Part shown: one piece after another, positions 1 to 9,471 of the stretch
Numbering within the stretch: the stretch's first letter is position 1
Layout: the number at the start of each line of letters is the position of its first letter
Origin: Gemmatimonadales bacterium
GTDB taxonomy: Bacteria; Gemmatimonadota; Gemmatimonadetes; Gemmatimonadales; Gemmatimonadaceae
Reading direction: 5' to 3'
DNA length: 64,000 bases
NCBI GenBank assembly: GCA_031394125.1
Contig: JANMWS010000009.1
Coordinates: forward strand, 39,754 to 103,753
Notes under the pieces: model-generated
Told to the model about the DNA's origin: nothing
Database searches by the model: none
The model's input: the letters and a program-made list of their open reading frames with translations, nothing else
Program-made: the position numbers and the translations under genes

Positions 1-1
1 A

Positions 2-274
2 GCCAATCCACGAATCGAGCATCTCCTGCTTATAGGTGAGCGCCCAATCGGAACGAAAGGGAAATACGCTGTCGGATACTTCAGCCGGATAGCTGGTGCC
101 GAAGAAACAATGCAAGCGACAGAGGTGCTTACCGCAGTGCGGATAGGAGTATCAAAGAGTCCAGCAATTGTTGTCAGTGTCGACTCCGAAGAAGGCGTCC
201 AGCTTGGACTGATCGAACGGACTGGCCCGGGTCAATGGCGTCCTACCTGGAAAAGCGCTTACACCACCTGCTGA
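2..274 (+). CDS. partial ORF open from the window edge (C-terminal ~90 aa), unknown function
   Basis: Frame 2 is open from nt 2 to TGA at 272-274, with G/purine-rich first codon positions. It is absent from the ORF track because no start lies in the window. The exact antisense frame is also largely open (one TGA at 152-154). GC3 is only about 50%. Confidence 0.3.
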   Translation, partial: ANPRIEHLLLIGERPIGTKGKYAVGYFSRIAGAEETMQATEVLTAVRIGVSKSPAIVVSVDSEEGVQLGLIERTGPGQWRPTWKSAYTTC

Positions 275-297
275 ACCTTCGACCTAATATCGGTCTG

Positions 298-1074
298 TCA
301 AAGACCGGTGGGCGCACTCACAAAATTCCAGAGCAGATCGTACTTATTGCCAAGATGCTGCGCCAAGGCACAGACGCCGAGAGTTTCCGTCGCGTAATGT
401 CCGGCGTAAATGATCACGAGATCATTTTCTTCCGCGTAAATCGCTGTCCAGTGCGGTCCTTCTCCAACAATGAGTGTATCTACTCCCAGCGCGCTGGCCT
501 CTCGTAGCGTATCTGCAGTTGCTCCCGCTCCTGTGCAGATTGCCCATTTCCGTGTTTGTCGGCCGGTCTGCAGCACGGAGGTGCAAACATGTCCTCCGTG
601 TGTTCGCGCAAATCCCCGGGCGGATGCAAGGAGCGCTGCAGTTTCAATATCGCTTTCTCCGCATAATCCGATGAAAGTGTCTTCGAAACGGGCAAAGGGC
701 GCACTGGGCTTGAGGCCAAGCTCCTTTGCAAGGAGGGCATTGTTGCCGAGCGTCGGATGGCGGTCGAGCGGAAGGTGAGAAGCATAAACCGCAATGTCGG
801 CTTCGATGAGCATTCGGATGCGCTTATAGTGGGAGCCAATAATGGGCTCGAGTCCACCCCAAAACATGCCGTGGTGGACAACAAGAAGGTTTGCACCACT
901 CGCGACCGCACCCTGCACTGCCCGCGTGGAGAGATCGACCGCTGCTGCGATCCTCCTGATGGGTGCCTGATTGTATAGCTGAACGCCGTTGACAGCGTTG
1001 GGGTAATCTGCGCTGTTTTGGGCCCCAAGAAGGGTGTCCGTGTAGCGCGCGAGGTCCCCCAGAGATATCGTCAT
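298..1074 (-). CDS. Nif3-like dinuclear metal centre protein (YbgI/GTP cyclohydrolase 1 type 2 homologue family)
   Basis: 258 aa. Typical Nif3 N-terminus (NGVQL..., LLVVHHGMFW), C-terminal HYATE motif and family-typical length. Confidence 0.85.
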   Translation of the reverse strand: MTISLGDLARYTDTLLGAQNSADYPNAVNGVQLYNQAPIRRIAAAVDLSTRAVQGAVASGANLLVVHHGMFWGGLEPIIGSHYKRIRMLIEADIAVYASHLPLDRHPTLGNNALLAKELGLKPSAPFARFEDTFIGLCGESDIETAALLASARGFARTHGGHVCTSVLQTGRQTRKWAICTGAGATADTLREASALGVDTLIVGEGPHWTAIYAEENDLVIIYAGHYATETLGVCALAQHLGNKYDLLWNFVSAPTGL

Positions 1075-1177
1075 ATCGTGACAGATTTGTGTGGAGAAAC
1101 CCCTTGCTCAGCCCGATGGTTGTGAGCTAACTCGTTGAAACACAAGTAGTTATAGCTCAGGTTGACAACCTTGTTGA

Positions 1178-2068
1178 TTAGTTGGGTACGCGCATGACAT
1201 CGAGCAGCCGCTCGAGGTCGTCGGCTGAATAGAAATGAAGAGTAAGGGTGCCCCGGTTATGCGGTCCGACAGTGAGTGTTGCATCCGTCTGCAGGAACCG
1301 CCTGAGCCTGTCCTGAATTAGGCGAATCTCAGGGGATTGACGGTCAGCTGATCTTGGCCGGCCGGTCTTCCCTTTCCTTGAGGCGCCATCAACCTGGCGT
1401 AGCCTTTGTTCGAGCTCTCTGACTGTGAGCCCCTCTCGCACAATTTCGTTCGCCAGGCTTATGATCTTGTCCGAATCATCCAGGCCCAGCAGCACCTTCG
1501 CGTGCCCCATCGACAGCTTCCCATCCTGGAGGAGCCGTCGCGCGGACTCCGGCAGCTGCAGTACTCGAAGCATGTTGGCGATCGTCGTTCTATCCTTTCC
1601 GACCGTCTCCGCAATCTGTTGCTGCGTCAGCCCGAAGTCTTGGGAAAGCCTATGATAACCTTCTCCTTCTTCAATTGGGTTGAGATCTGTCCGTTGAAGA
1701 TTCTCGACAAGTGCAAGAGTGAGGAGAGTCTTATCGTCAATCTCCCGTATGATTGCCGGGATCTCTTTCCAACCAAGTTTTGTGGCTGCGCGAAGGCGCC
1801 GTTCGCCAGCGATGAGCTCAAATCCGTCTTTGCCAGGTCGGCGGCGGACGGTAATTGGCTGGAGCAGACCGCTCGCCTTCAGACTTTCCTGTAGCTCGAT
1901 GAGATCTTCGGCGTTGAACTCTGTTCGTGGCTGAAATGGATTTCGAGCCACCTGTGCGATAGGAATCAATTTGAGCGCGCCCTCATCGGTCGAGGCCAGG
2001 CCCCCAGCTGTACCGAGGAGTGCCTCAAGTCCCCTACCCAATCGCCTCGGCGTTTTCTCAGTGGCCAC
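1178..2068 (-). CDS. parB: chromosome partitioning protein ParB/Spo0J
   Basis: N-terminal [12 protein letters not shown], ParB box GERRLRA, HTH region [22 protein letters not shown]. Overlaps the parA stop by 11 nt. Confidence 0.95.
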   Translation of the reverse strand: MATEKTPRRLGRGLEALLGTAGGLASTDEGALKLIPIAQVARNPFQPRTEFNAEDLIELQESLKASGLLQPITVRRRPGKDGFELIAGERRLRAATKLGWKEIPAIIREIDDKTLLTLALVENLQRTDLNPIEEGEGYHRLSQDFGLTQQQIAETVGKDRTTIANMLRVLQLPESARRLLQDGKLSMGHAKVLLGLDDSDKIISLANEIVREGLTVRELEQRLRQVDGASRKGKTGRPRSADRQSPEIRLIQDRLRRFLQTDATLTVGPHNRGTLTLHFYSADDLERLLDVMRVPN

Positions 2069-2846
2069 CGTTCTCTCCTTGCTCGGTTCGCTCCATCAAT
2101 TCTTTAGCGACATTCATGTAGGCCTGCGCGCCCACCGAGGCCGCATCGTAGAGAATGATCGGTTTGCCGAAGCTCGGTGCTTCTGCTAGTCGGACGTTTC
2201 TTGGTACCACACTGTTGAACACTTTCGGTCCAAAGTATTCGCGAGCATCATCAGCAACCTGTCTTGAGAGGTTCAACCTAGAGTCGTACATGGTCAACAA
2301 CACCCCGTCGATGCCGAGCTTTTCATTGGCGCTATGCTGAACTTTGTGAACAGTGTTCAAGAGCTGAGATAAACCCTCTAATGCGTAGTACTCGCACTGC
2401 ACAGGAATAAGTAGCGCGTCGGCCGCGGCCAGCATGTTGATCGTAATCAGGCCCAGCGACGGGGGGCAGTCGATGATTATGTATTTGTACTCGGGGCGAA
2501 GCGACTCGATGGAGTGCTTCATGACGTGCTCACGGTCAGACTTGTCAATGAGCTCCACTTCTGCCGCAGCCAAGTCGGGGGTCGCGCCAATGACGTCCAG
2601 TTTCTGAAACTGGACGCTGGTTTGACGAGCGGAACCAAGGTCGGAGTTTCCGACGAGGACGTCGTACAGGGTGAGCGGTACGTTTTCTTTTTGAAGGCCG
2701 ACCCCGCTGGTGGCATTCCCTTGCGGATCAGCGTCGACGAGGAGCGTACGTTGCTCGGCGGCAGCGAGGCTCGCCGCGAGGTTAACTGCGGTCGTCGTTT
2801 TTCCGACTCCACCCTTCTGATTTGCAATTGCGATTATTCGCGCCAC
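2058..2846 (-). CDS. parA: chromosome partitioning ATPase ParA/Soj
   Basis: Deviant Walker [15 protein letters not shown] at the N-terminus, 262 aa, directly upstream of parB. Confidence 0.95.
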   Translation of the reverse strand: MARIIAIANQKGGVGKTTTAVNLAASLAAAEQRTLLVDADPQGNATSGVGLQKENVPLTLYDVLVGNSDLGSARQTSVQFQKLDVIGATPDLAAAEVELIDKSDREHVMKHSIESLRPEYKYIIIDCPPSLGLITINMLAAADALLIPVQCEYYALEGLSQLLNTVHKVQHSANEKLGIDGVLLTMYDSRLNLSRQVADDAREYFGPKVFNSVVPRNVRLAEAPSFGKPIILYDAASVGAQAYMNVAKELMERTEQGENGGH

Positions 2847-2895
2847 GAATTCACAGTAGAGGGCATGGCGCGTAATCTACCAACCCGTTCAGTTG

Positions 2896-2911
2896 GTTTC
2901 CACGTGGAACA
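2896..2911. promoter_or_regulatory. parS-like site 1 (GTTTCCACGTGGAACA)
   Basis: 14/16 match to the palindromic parS form TGTTCCACGTGGAACA. Contains the perfect 12-bp palindrome TTCCACGTGGAA. Lies 50 bp upstream of the parA start. Confidence 0.75.
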
Positions 2912-2921
2912 TTAGAAATAG

Positions 2922-2937
2922 GGTTCCACGTGGAAAT
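2922..2937. promoter_or_regulatory. parS-like site 2 (GGTTCCACGTGGAAAT)
   Basis: 13/16 match to the parS palindrome, with the same TTCCACGTGGAA core, 26 bp from site 1. Confidence 0.7.
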
Positions 2938-2940
2938 AGG

Positions 2941-3666
2941 CTACTGGCCTGGGAGAAAACGCCACCGAGTATTCACCTCGACAGACAGAGTTTCCTCCCC
3001 CGGGTTGATCGGAGTGTCCACTTGTGCGGCGCCACCCGCCATTTGCTTCACCATCATTGGTCGCGGGGGTGGCGGGGAGTAGCCTACGATATCAATTCCG
3101 AGGAGCGTCCCGAGAGATCCACGTGCTGCACGCGCGGCGGCTTCCGCATCAGCGCGTGCCTTTTCGATCGCTATACCGATCGCGCTTCGCCGAGCGACCT
3201 CTGTATTGGAGGCATAGAATTGAAGAGAGGTGATCATGTTCGCCCCGTGCGCCAGCGCAACGTCGATAACCGGACCTACCTGATTCAGCTTTCTAACATC
3301 GACCAGGATGGTGTTGGTGACATTATAGGCAACGATCACGGGTTCCTTGCCTTGCTCGTAACGTTGTTCCGGATAGACGTTGTAGTTGATCGTTGAAAGC
3401 TGGTCGTTTCCAAGACCGAGAGCTCGCAGTGCCGTCATCACCGACTGCTGCTTGGTGGCGTTCTCAGCCGCTGCGGCCGCTGCGGTCGCAGCACGGGTTT
3501 GCACACTGATCTGTATTGTAGCGCGGTCCGGCGAGACCTTAATCTCTCCTCTTCCAGTGACACTTATTTGGGGGATCGGGTCATTTGGCGCTCGGCTGTC
3601 TTGACTCTGTACGGTTAATGGCGCTAAGGAGACGCTTAAGACGAGGAGTTGTTTCAAGTATTTCAT
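2941..3666 (-). CDS. SIMPL domain protein (DUF541, periplasmic 26 kDa-antigen-like)
   Basis: Signal peptide MKYLKQLLVLSVSLAPL, then ISVTGRGEIKVSPDRATIQISV..., which is typical of the SIMPL family. Confidence 0.8.
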   Translation of the reverse strand: MKYLKQLLVLSVSLAPLTVQSQDSRAPNDPIPQISVTGRGEIKVSPDRATIQISVQTRAATAAAAAAENATKQQSVMTALRALGLGNDQLSTINYNVYPEQRYEQGKEPVIVAYNVTNTILVDVRKLNQVGPVIDVALAHGANMITSLQFYASNTEVARRSAIGIAIEKARADAEAAARAARGSLGTLLGIDIVGYSPPPPRPMMVKQMAGGAAQVDTPINPGEETLSVEVNTRWRFLPGQ

Positions 3667-3738
3667 TTGCTTCTCGGTGTGGAAGTGGGTACAGGCACAG
3701 GTAAGACGTCAGATTTCATGAGCATTGCACACGAGGCG

Positions 3739-4719
3739 TCAGGAATAGACAATCTCGATGTCGTGAATCCTGCTCAGATTCATGCCGATGATTCCAGCTG
3801 CTTCAGTCCGCAGGAACATATTCGCGAATTTTGCGCCCCATACAATTTCGTCCACCTTGTATGAGGATCGTGAGTGCACGGTTTGCGAAAGCGCCTCATC
3901 GGTCCCAGTGAGAAGAATCAGGACCTCCGCGTCGGCGTCGAGAAGATCCTTCCTCGCAAGACCCCACATCGGGCTGTTCTGATCTATCGGATGCACGACC
4001 GTCCAGCTGAGCGTAAAGAAAACAACGCGGTGCCGCTCCAGATCCAGGTCGTAGAACTTGCGAACGCTGATTCCGTCGACCAGTTCGAGCTTGGTGAGAA
4101 TAACCTGGATCTGAACTTCGATCAGCTGACTGCTTCTCCCATTCGCGATTCTGAACTCAAGCGCCGTCTTGCCGCGATAAGGAGCGACAATCGCATTGCG
4201 GCTGTAAACAATTCGTGCAGACGGGCGGGAGAATCTGCTAAAGATGACGCCTGTCGCCAGCGCAATGCCGATGATGTAGACCAGCGCCTCTATTCCAACG
4301 AAAGTGTTGGCAGCGAGTCCAACAGGGATGATGTTCCCGTATCCGATGGTCGCGAAAGTGTAGACGCTGAAGAAGAACGCCCGATAAAAAGGCTGATCAG
4401 CAAAACTTCCGACGGTAGACTGCAGTGCGCCCGGCCCACAGAGCAGGAACGCAAGCGCGAACAATGCGTTGACCGCGACGTACGATACCGTGATAAAGCC
4501 GAGAAACTTCAGCCACGATATGGTGAGCAGCCAGTGGTAAAGGCTGAGTGCGGAAAATGGATTGAGCCCTTCGCGAACTACATTGAACGTTCCGTCACGA
4601 TTCAATAACCGCTGCCGTGCGCCTCTCGCGACCTCGGTTCCGAAGCCGAGATCCTTGAACTCTTCCTCCGAGCTCTTTGGAACCGGAACGGGCTGTTCGG
4701 TGAATGTCGGTGACGGCAC
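3739..4719 (-). CDS. inward-rectifier-type potassium channel (KirBac-like)
   Basis: Two TM helices flank the pore-helix/selectivity filter FATIGYGN. The C-terminal cytoplasmic beta-rich domain (RFSRPSARIVYSRNAIV...) is typical of the Kir fold. Confidence 0.88.
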   Translation of the reverse strand: MPSPTFTEQPVPVPKSSEEEFKDLGFGTEVARGARQRLLNRDGTFNVVREGLNPFSALSLYHWLLTISWLKFLGFITVSYVAVNALFALAFLLCGPGALQSTVGSFADQPFYRAFFFSVYTFATIGYGNIIPVGLAANTFVGIEALVYIIGIALATGVIFSRFSRPSARIVYSRNAIVAPYRGKTALEFRIANGRSSQLIEVQIQVILTKLELVDGISVRKFYDLDLERHRVVFFTLSWTVVHPIDQNSPMWGLARKDLLDADAEVLILLTGTDEALSQTVHSRSSYKVDEIVWGAKFANMFLRTEAAGIIGMNLSRIHDIEIVYS

Positions 4720-4737
4720 GCGAGATCTGTCCTGAAG

Positions 4738-5733
4738 ATGCCTTCGTTAGGGAGCTGCATCGGAAAAATGGCCACGATTGTTGGCCAACGCTACATTCCC
4801 GCGATGGAAACCTCGAACATCTCAATCGGTCGCGCGACACTGCTGATTGTGGTGTCCGCGCTGAGCTTTGGATCGATCTCGGTGCTCACTGTTCTGGTTA
4901 AGAGCGCTGGAGTTCCGCTTCTCACTGCGATGGCGTGGCGTTACGTGCTTGGTGCGGCCCTGCTCCTCGCGGTCACTGGCGTCAAGCAGCTCGGATCAGT
5001 CCCGAGGAGCCGTCTCGTGCAGCTTCTGTTGATCGGCGGATTCGGGCAGGCACTGATCACGTACCTCAGCCTGCACGCCCTCGAATACATACCCGTTGGT
5101 CCGCTCGCATTCCTCTTCTATACCTATCCAGCGTGGGTCGCATTGCTCGCGGCGATGAGACGAACTGAAAGACTTACGTCAATTCGGACAATCGCACTGA
5201 CTCTGGCACTGGTCGGTGTCGCGGTAATGGTGGGGGCACCCTCCACCGACAAGCTGAATCCCGTTGGAGTAATACTCGCGCTCGGTTCCGCGCTACTGTA
5301 CTCGGCATACCTCCCATCTCTCGAGCACCTCCAGCAAGGAATACCAGCCTTAGTTTCGACTTTTCTACTGGTTGCTGGAGCGGCGGTCACGTTCGTCATC
5401 GCCGCACTTCTTGCGCGCGAGCTCTACTTACCTACAGCGGTGTCGGTGTGGTCGAACATTGTAGTGCTCGCATTGGTATCGACAGTGATTGCGTTTTCCA
5501 CTCTGATAAAAGGTCTTTCGGTTCTTGGACCGGTGAGAACCGCGATAATCGCGACGGTCGAGCCTTTCTTTACCGCGATGCTGGGCGTGGCGGTACTAGG
5601 AAATCAGCTGACCATCACCACGCTTGTAGGCGGCATTCTCATCGCTGCCGCAGTGCTGCTGATACAATGGAACCCGACTCGGCGCGAAGCTATCGCGTCG
5701 CAGCAAGGCGTCGACGGCGCTCTACCTCGATGA
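4738..5733 (+). CDS. EamA/DMT-family transporter
   Basis: About 10 predicted TM segments in two EamA-like repeats. The true start may be an internal Met at 4768 or 4804. The 3' end overlaps the mnmG 3' end by 44 nt. Confidence 0.8.
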   Translation: MPSLGSCIGKMATIVGQRYIPAMETSNISIGRATLLIVVSALSFGSISVLTVLVKSAGVPLLTAMAWRYVLGAALLLAVTGVKQLGSVPRSRLVQLLLIGGFGQALITYLSLHALEYIPVGPLAFLFYTYPAWVALLAAMRRTERLTSIRTIALTLALVGVAVMVGAPSTDKLNPVGVILALGSALLYSAYLPSLEHLQQGIPALVSTFLLVAGAAVTFVIAALLARELYLPTAVSVWSNIVVLALVSTVIAFSTLIKGLSVLGPVRTAIIATVEPFFTAMLGVAVLGNQLTITTLVGGILIAAAVLLIQWNPTRREAIASQQGVDGALPR

Positions 5734-7621
5734 CGAGGTTCTGCAGATCACTGGGGCTCACACCAGGAATTCGCGAAGCCTGAGCGAGCGACCGCGGTTT
5801 TAGGTTCGAGAGCTTTTGCCTCGCTTCCATCGATAGCGACTGCATCCCACTGTAATCGAGATCACCGTCGAGAGAGAAATCGCCCATGCGACGCATACGA
5901 TCGGCTTGTGCTCTCTCCCGCTCGAAGTAGCCGGCGTACTTGATCTCCAGATCTGCAGTAACGATCGCCTCGTCGTCGAGATCGGCGCCCTGCCCTACTG
6001 CATCGAGCAAGGCCCGAAGCGAAACTTCCTGACGGCGCGCGACTTCGACAATTCTTACGGGCTGCAAAAGATCAGAGCTTCCAGCGGCCGACAAAATTGG
6101 CGCGGCTTCCTTCGGCTGTATACTCGTTGTCTCGGCGAGTCGCAGCGCCGAGTCCTCATGACCTAGTCTCGTGCTGATAGCTTCCTGCTCGTGGGCGGAA
6201 TAAAGTTCAAGCCCGAGCCCGATTTTACCCAAGCGTCGCAGCGCGTTGTCCTGACGGACCGTTAGCCTGAACTCGGATCGCGAAGTGAATAGCCGATATG
6301 GTTCGTCGACGCCTCGTGTGACCAGATCGTCAACAAGAACTCCTACATACGAAGTCTCTCTGCCGAGTACGAGTGGCTTGCGATCCTGTGTCGAAAGCGC
6401 TGCGTTCAATCCGGCAACAAGTCCCTGCCCGGCAGCCTCCTCGTACCCTGTGGTGCCGTTGATCTGCCCGGCGAAGTAGAGTCGGCGTATCGCCTTCACC
6501 TGAAGCGAGGGATCGAGCTGGATCGGGGGATAGTAATCGTATTCGATCGCGTAGCCCGCGCGGTTCATGGCTACGTTCGAGAGTCCGCGGATGGATCGCA
6601 GAATTTCGAGCTGCACCGGCGCGGGAAGAGAAGTCGACAGACCGTTCACGTAGAGTTCGGAAGTGTCGTGTCCCTCCGGCTCGAGAAAGATCTGATGTCG
6701 CTCCGCGTCGGGAAACTTTACAATTTTGTCTTCAACCGATGGGCAGTATCGAGGGCCACGCGAAGAGATTGCACCCCCGTACATTGCTGATTTGGCGATG
6801 TTCTCCTTGATTATCTGCTTGCCTTCCGCTTCGAGGTAAGTGATCCAGCACGGCATTTGTGTGGGATGTCTCGTGTCGGCTCCATTGCGACGCTTCGAGC
6901 GCCAGAAATGAGACCACGAGTAGTCGAACTGCTCAATCTCGCTTTCCTGGCGCTCCAACTGGGAGAAATCGACAGAGCGTCCGTCGATACGCGGCGGAGT
7001 TCCGGTCTTGAACCGGGCAACCGTTAGTCCTGCCTGCTCCAGTTGTTCGGCAAGATGCGTAGTTGCGCTTTCACCAGCGCGACCGCCCGAGAGACGGGTT
7101 TCAGTGCCGATGTGGATTCGTCCGCGAAGAAAAGTACCCGTAGTGACGACGACGGCTCGCGCGCCAAAGCGCCTTCCTTCGAGTGTCTCCACGCCGAGTA
7201 CACTTCGCCCGTCGGGGGCAAGCAAAAGGCGGGCGACGGTTCCCTGCACAGTGTGCAGGGTTTTATGCTCTTCGAGGAGGGACCTTACTGCGCGTCGGTA
7301 GAGCCCGCGATCACACTGAGCGCGTGGCGCCCATACTGCTGGACCCTTGCTCCGGTTGAGCATGCGGAACTGGAGCATCGCGAGATCCGTGGCTCTTCCC
7401 ATTATTCCGCCGAGCGCGTCCACCTCGCGAACGACGGTTCCTTTCGCAATTCCACCGATCGCCGGGTTGCACGACATCTGGCCGATGGTCTCGAGCGCAC
7501 TAGTGATGAGCCCTACCCGAGAACCCAGGCGAGCTGCCGCGACTGCGGCCTCGGTTCCGGCGTGACCGGCTCCGATGACAACTACATCGAACTCGGCCTC
7601 GAAATCCTTCGACTGGGGCAT
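5690..7621 (-). CDS. mnmG: tRNA uridine 5-carboxymethylaminomethyl modification enzyme MnmG (GidA)
   Basis: FAD-binding VVVIGAGHAGTEAA, 643 aa, conserved MnmG blocks (MSCNPAIGG, FFAGQINGTTGYEEAA). Confidence 0.97.
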   Translation of the reverse strand: MPQSKDFEAEFDVVVIGAGHAGTEAAVAAARLGSRVGLITSALETIGQMSCNPAIGGIAKGTVVREVDALGGIMGRATDLAMLQFRMLNRSKGPAVWAPRAQCDRGLYRRAVRSLLEEHKTLHTVQGTVARLLLAPDGRSVLGVETLEGRRFGARAVVVTTGTFLRGRIHIGTETRLSGGRAGESATTHLAEQLEQAGLTVARFKTGTPPRIDGRSVDFSQLERQESEIEQFDYSWSHFWRSKRRNGADTRHPTQMPCWITYLEAEGKQIIKENIAKSAMYGGAISSRGPRYCPSVEDKIVKFPDAERHQIFLEPEGHDTSELYVNGLSTSLPAPVQLEILRSIRGLSNVAMNRAGYAIEYDYYPPIQLDPSLQVKAIRRLYFAGQINGTTGYEEAAGQGLVAGLNAALSTQDRKPLVLGRETSYVGVLVDDLVTRGVDEPYRLFTSRSEFRLTVRQDNALRRLGKIGLGLELYSAHEQEAISTRLGHEDSALRLAETTSIQPKEAAPILSAAGSSDLLQPVRIVEVARRQEVSLRALLDAVGQGADLDDEAIVTADLEIKYAGYFERERAQADRMRRMGDFSLDGDLDYSGMQSLSMEARQKLSNLKPRSLAQASRIPGVSPSDLQNLVIEVERRRRLAATR

Positions 7622-7681
7622 ACATTAAAGATAAGCGTCGCGACAAACCCAACGCAGTTAGTCTCTAATCGAACATAAATC

Positions 7682-8068
7682 ATGGCGCTGGAGCTTGCTC
7701 ACGGTAACGCAGTCATCCTCATCCGTCAGAGCGCGTTCGAGCGCAACGGAATAACGCGTAGCGCAATCGACGAGCGGTATAATCTTACCGCCGACGAATT
7801 TCGGGTTGAGGAGGGCTTGGTCGTATTGGGCCCGCTCCCGTCCGACGACATGCTACCGGAGTTGATCGACGATCTCGAACAAAGCGGTCTTGTTTACTTC
7901 GACGACTTCTTCGAGCTGACGGGAAACTGGCCGGAGTGGCTCAAGCTCTATGCTCGGGGGTGTGAAGACCGGGCGAATTTAGAGGCGCTGTTCGACGACG
8001 GACCACTCCTCGACGAAGGCAGTGCCGTTCTCGATCCTGTCGATAACGACCTCCGCACCAACCGATAG
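7682..8068 (+). CDS. hypothetical acidic protein
   Basis: 128-aa ORF with good GC3 bias in the first ~100 codons and no recognisable motif. The last 90 nt run antisense to the next gene. Confidence 0.45.
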   Translation: MALELAHGNAVILIRQSAFERNGITRSAIDERYNLTADEFRVEEGLVVLGPLPSDDMLPELIDDLEQSGLVYFDDFFELTGNWPEWLKLYARGCEDRANLEALFDDGPLLDEGSAVLDPVDNDLRTNR

Positions 8069-8512
8069 TTGTCTCTCGCTCAGCGCGCGGGCGGGAATGC
8101 GGAGTTGCCGGCCCATATACTCGTAGGTGATTTCACCAGCACCGCCGGACGCAATCTGCTGCGAGACCACTGCGAGCTGGCCCTGGATCTCATCGCTCTG
8201 CTCGGAAAGAGGAGCTGCATCGCGTAGTGCCCATCGTGCGAGCAGCGTGATCATTCCGCTGATGGCTAGGCCACCGCTCGCGATAGCGATCAGCAGGATG
8301 GCCCAGGAGGGTAGTCGAGTGCGTGAGACGAGGGGATAGCCAGCCGCTCCGAGGCCTACGGCGAACGCAGCTATCGCCGGCAGATTGAAGAACGGAGAAG
8401 GCGCCTTCGAGCGGTTTCTCCGCGCGTGCTCCACTCCGTGCAGCATGGCGAATACTGCCAGCAACAACCCACCGATGAACGACGTGAGAAAAACTACTCG
8501 TAGGATCGTCAC
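7979..8512 (-). CDS. NfeD-like membrane protein
   Basis: Three or four TM helices followed by a C-terminal soluble beta-barrel-like segment (GQLAVVSQQI...GAEVVIDRIENGTAFVEEW) typical of NfeD/YqiJ-type proteins. Confidence 0.6.
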   Translation of the reverse strand: MTILRVVFLTSFIGGLLLAVFAMLHGVEHARRNRSKAPSPFFNLPAIAAFAVGLGAAGYPLVSRTRLPSWAILLIAIASGGLAISGMITLLARWALRDAAPLSEQSDEIQGQLAVVSQQIASGGAGEITYEYMGRQLRIPARALSERQLSVGAEVVIDRIENGTAFVEEWSVVEQRL

Positions 8513-8555
8513 TCGCTCGAGGGGGTATCCGGATTGAAGCTGATCTCAGCCGTGA

Positions 8556-9464
8556 TCATGATTCCAGATATTTTCTGAACCACGCTACCGTCGCCGGCCA
8601 TGCCGCTCGTGCGGCGGCCAGGTTGGCACCATCCATCCCGGTTTGTTGTCGCAGAAATCCGTGTCCGGCACCCGGGTAAATGATGTGGCCGTATGTCCTG
8701 CCAAGGGCGCGAAGAGCCGAGTCTGCAGGCGTGATAGTGGCGTCTACCCGGGCATCACTTCCGCCATACAGGCCAAGGACGGGAGCACGCACTGAGTCGA
8801 GGCTGGCTGTCGGCGGTGATACTCCGTAGTAGACCACGGACGCACCGAGAGAAGGCGAATGAACAGCGTGGGCGAACGAGATTCCCCCACCCCAGCAGAA
8901 TCCGACGATGCCGTACTTTTTCTGCGCGGCGGGTAGCGACATTCCGTACTGCGCGACGGCATCGAGCTGTCGCTGAACCCATGTGGGATTGAGCGTCCTC
9001 GTGGCCGCGACCGCGAGAGGGGCGAGGACACTGTCAGACACGTCCGGAAGGTTCTTCATGGTGAGCAGATCCGGCGCGATGGCGATGAAGCCGTCGGCGG
9101 CGAGTTGGTCAGCTATGCTCCGGACCCACGAGGACAATCCAAAGATCTCGTGGACAACCAGGACAACGGGGGCTTTCGTGCTCCGCTCCGGGTAAACGAC
9201 CCATGTTCGCAGGCTATCTCCGCCTCCGGTGCGAATAGTCACCCATTCTCCGTGTCTGGGTGAGCTGCTGAGACGAGCTAGCGCTCCCGCAGCATCGGGT
9301 GGCAGTCCTCGCGTCTGGCGAGCGGCTGTGGCATTCGCTGAAGTCGCCGGCGGCGCGTGATCGGAATGTGAATCGGCCGCCGGAACCATCTTGGTAGTGA
9401 TACACGCCAGGCTCGCGAGCGACAACGTCACCCAGATCCTCGTGGGATGATTTCGAATTGTCAT
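8556..9464 (-). CDS. dienelactone hydrolase family protein (secreted)
   Basis: VVLVVHEIFGL block and nucleophile motif GFCWGG. Signal-like N-terminus. Start placed at Met 9464 (MTIRNH...), just after the upstream gene's stop. Confidence 0.85.
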   Translation of the reverse strand: MTIRNHPTRIWVTLSLASLACITTKMVPAADSHSDHAPPATSANATAARQTRGLPPDAAGALARLSSSPRHGEWVTIRTGGGDSLRTWVVYPERSTKAPVVLVVHEIFGLSSWVRSIADQLAADGFIAIAPDLLTMKNLPDVSDSVLAPLAVAATRTLNPTWVQRQLDAVAQYGMSLPAAQKKYGIVGFCWGGGISFAHAVHSPSLGASVVYYGVSPPTASLDSVRAPVLGLYGGSDARVDATITPADSALRALGRTYGHIIYPGAGHGFLRQQTGMDGANLAAARAAWPATVAWFRKYLES

Positions 9465-9471
9465 GTCTTCC

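Noticed and set aside
152-154. In-frame TGA in the minus-strand Cys/His-rich frame as selenocysteine or recoding
   Set aside because: I saw no SECIS-like hairpin immediately downstream on that strand. The opposite strand is fully open with better coding statistics, so chance is the simplest explanation.
1075-1177. Possible oriC / DnaA-box cluster near parAB (TGTGGAGAA at about 1092) and at the strand-bias switch near 10489-10556
   Set aside because: Only single one-mismatch DnaA-box-like 9-mers were seen. There is no cluster, no AT-rich unwinding element and no dnaA in the window, and the gaps are too short (about 100 bp and about 65 bp).
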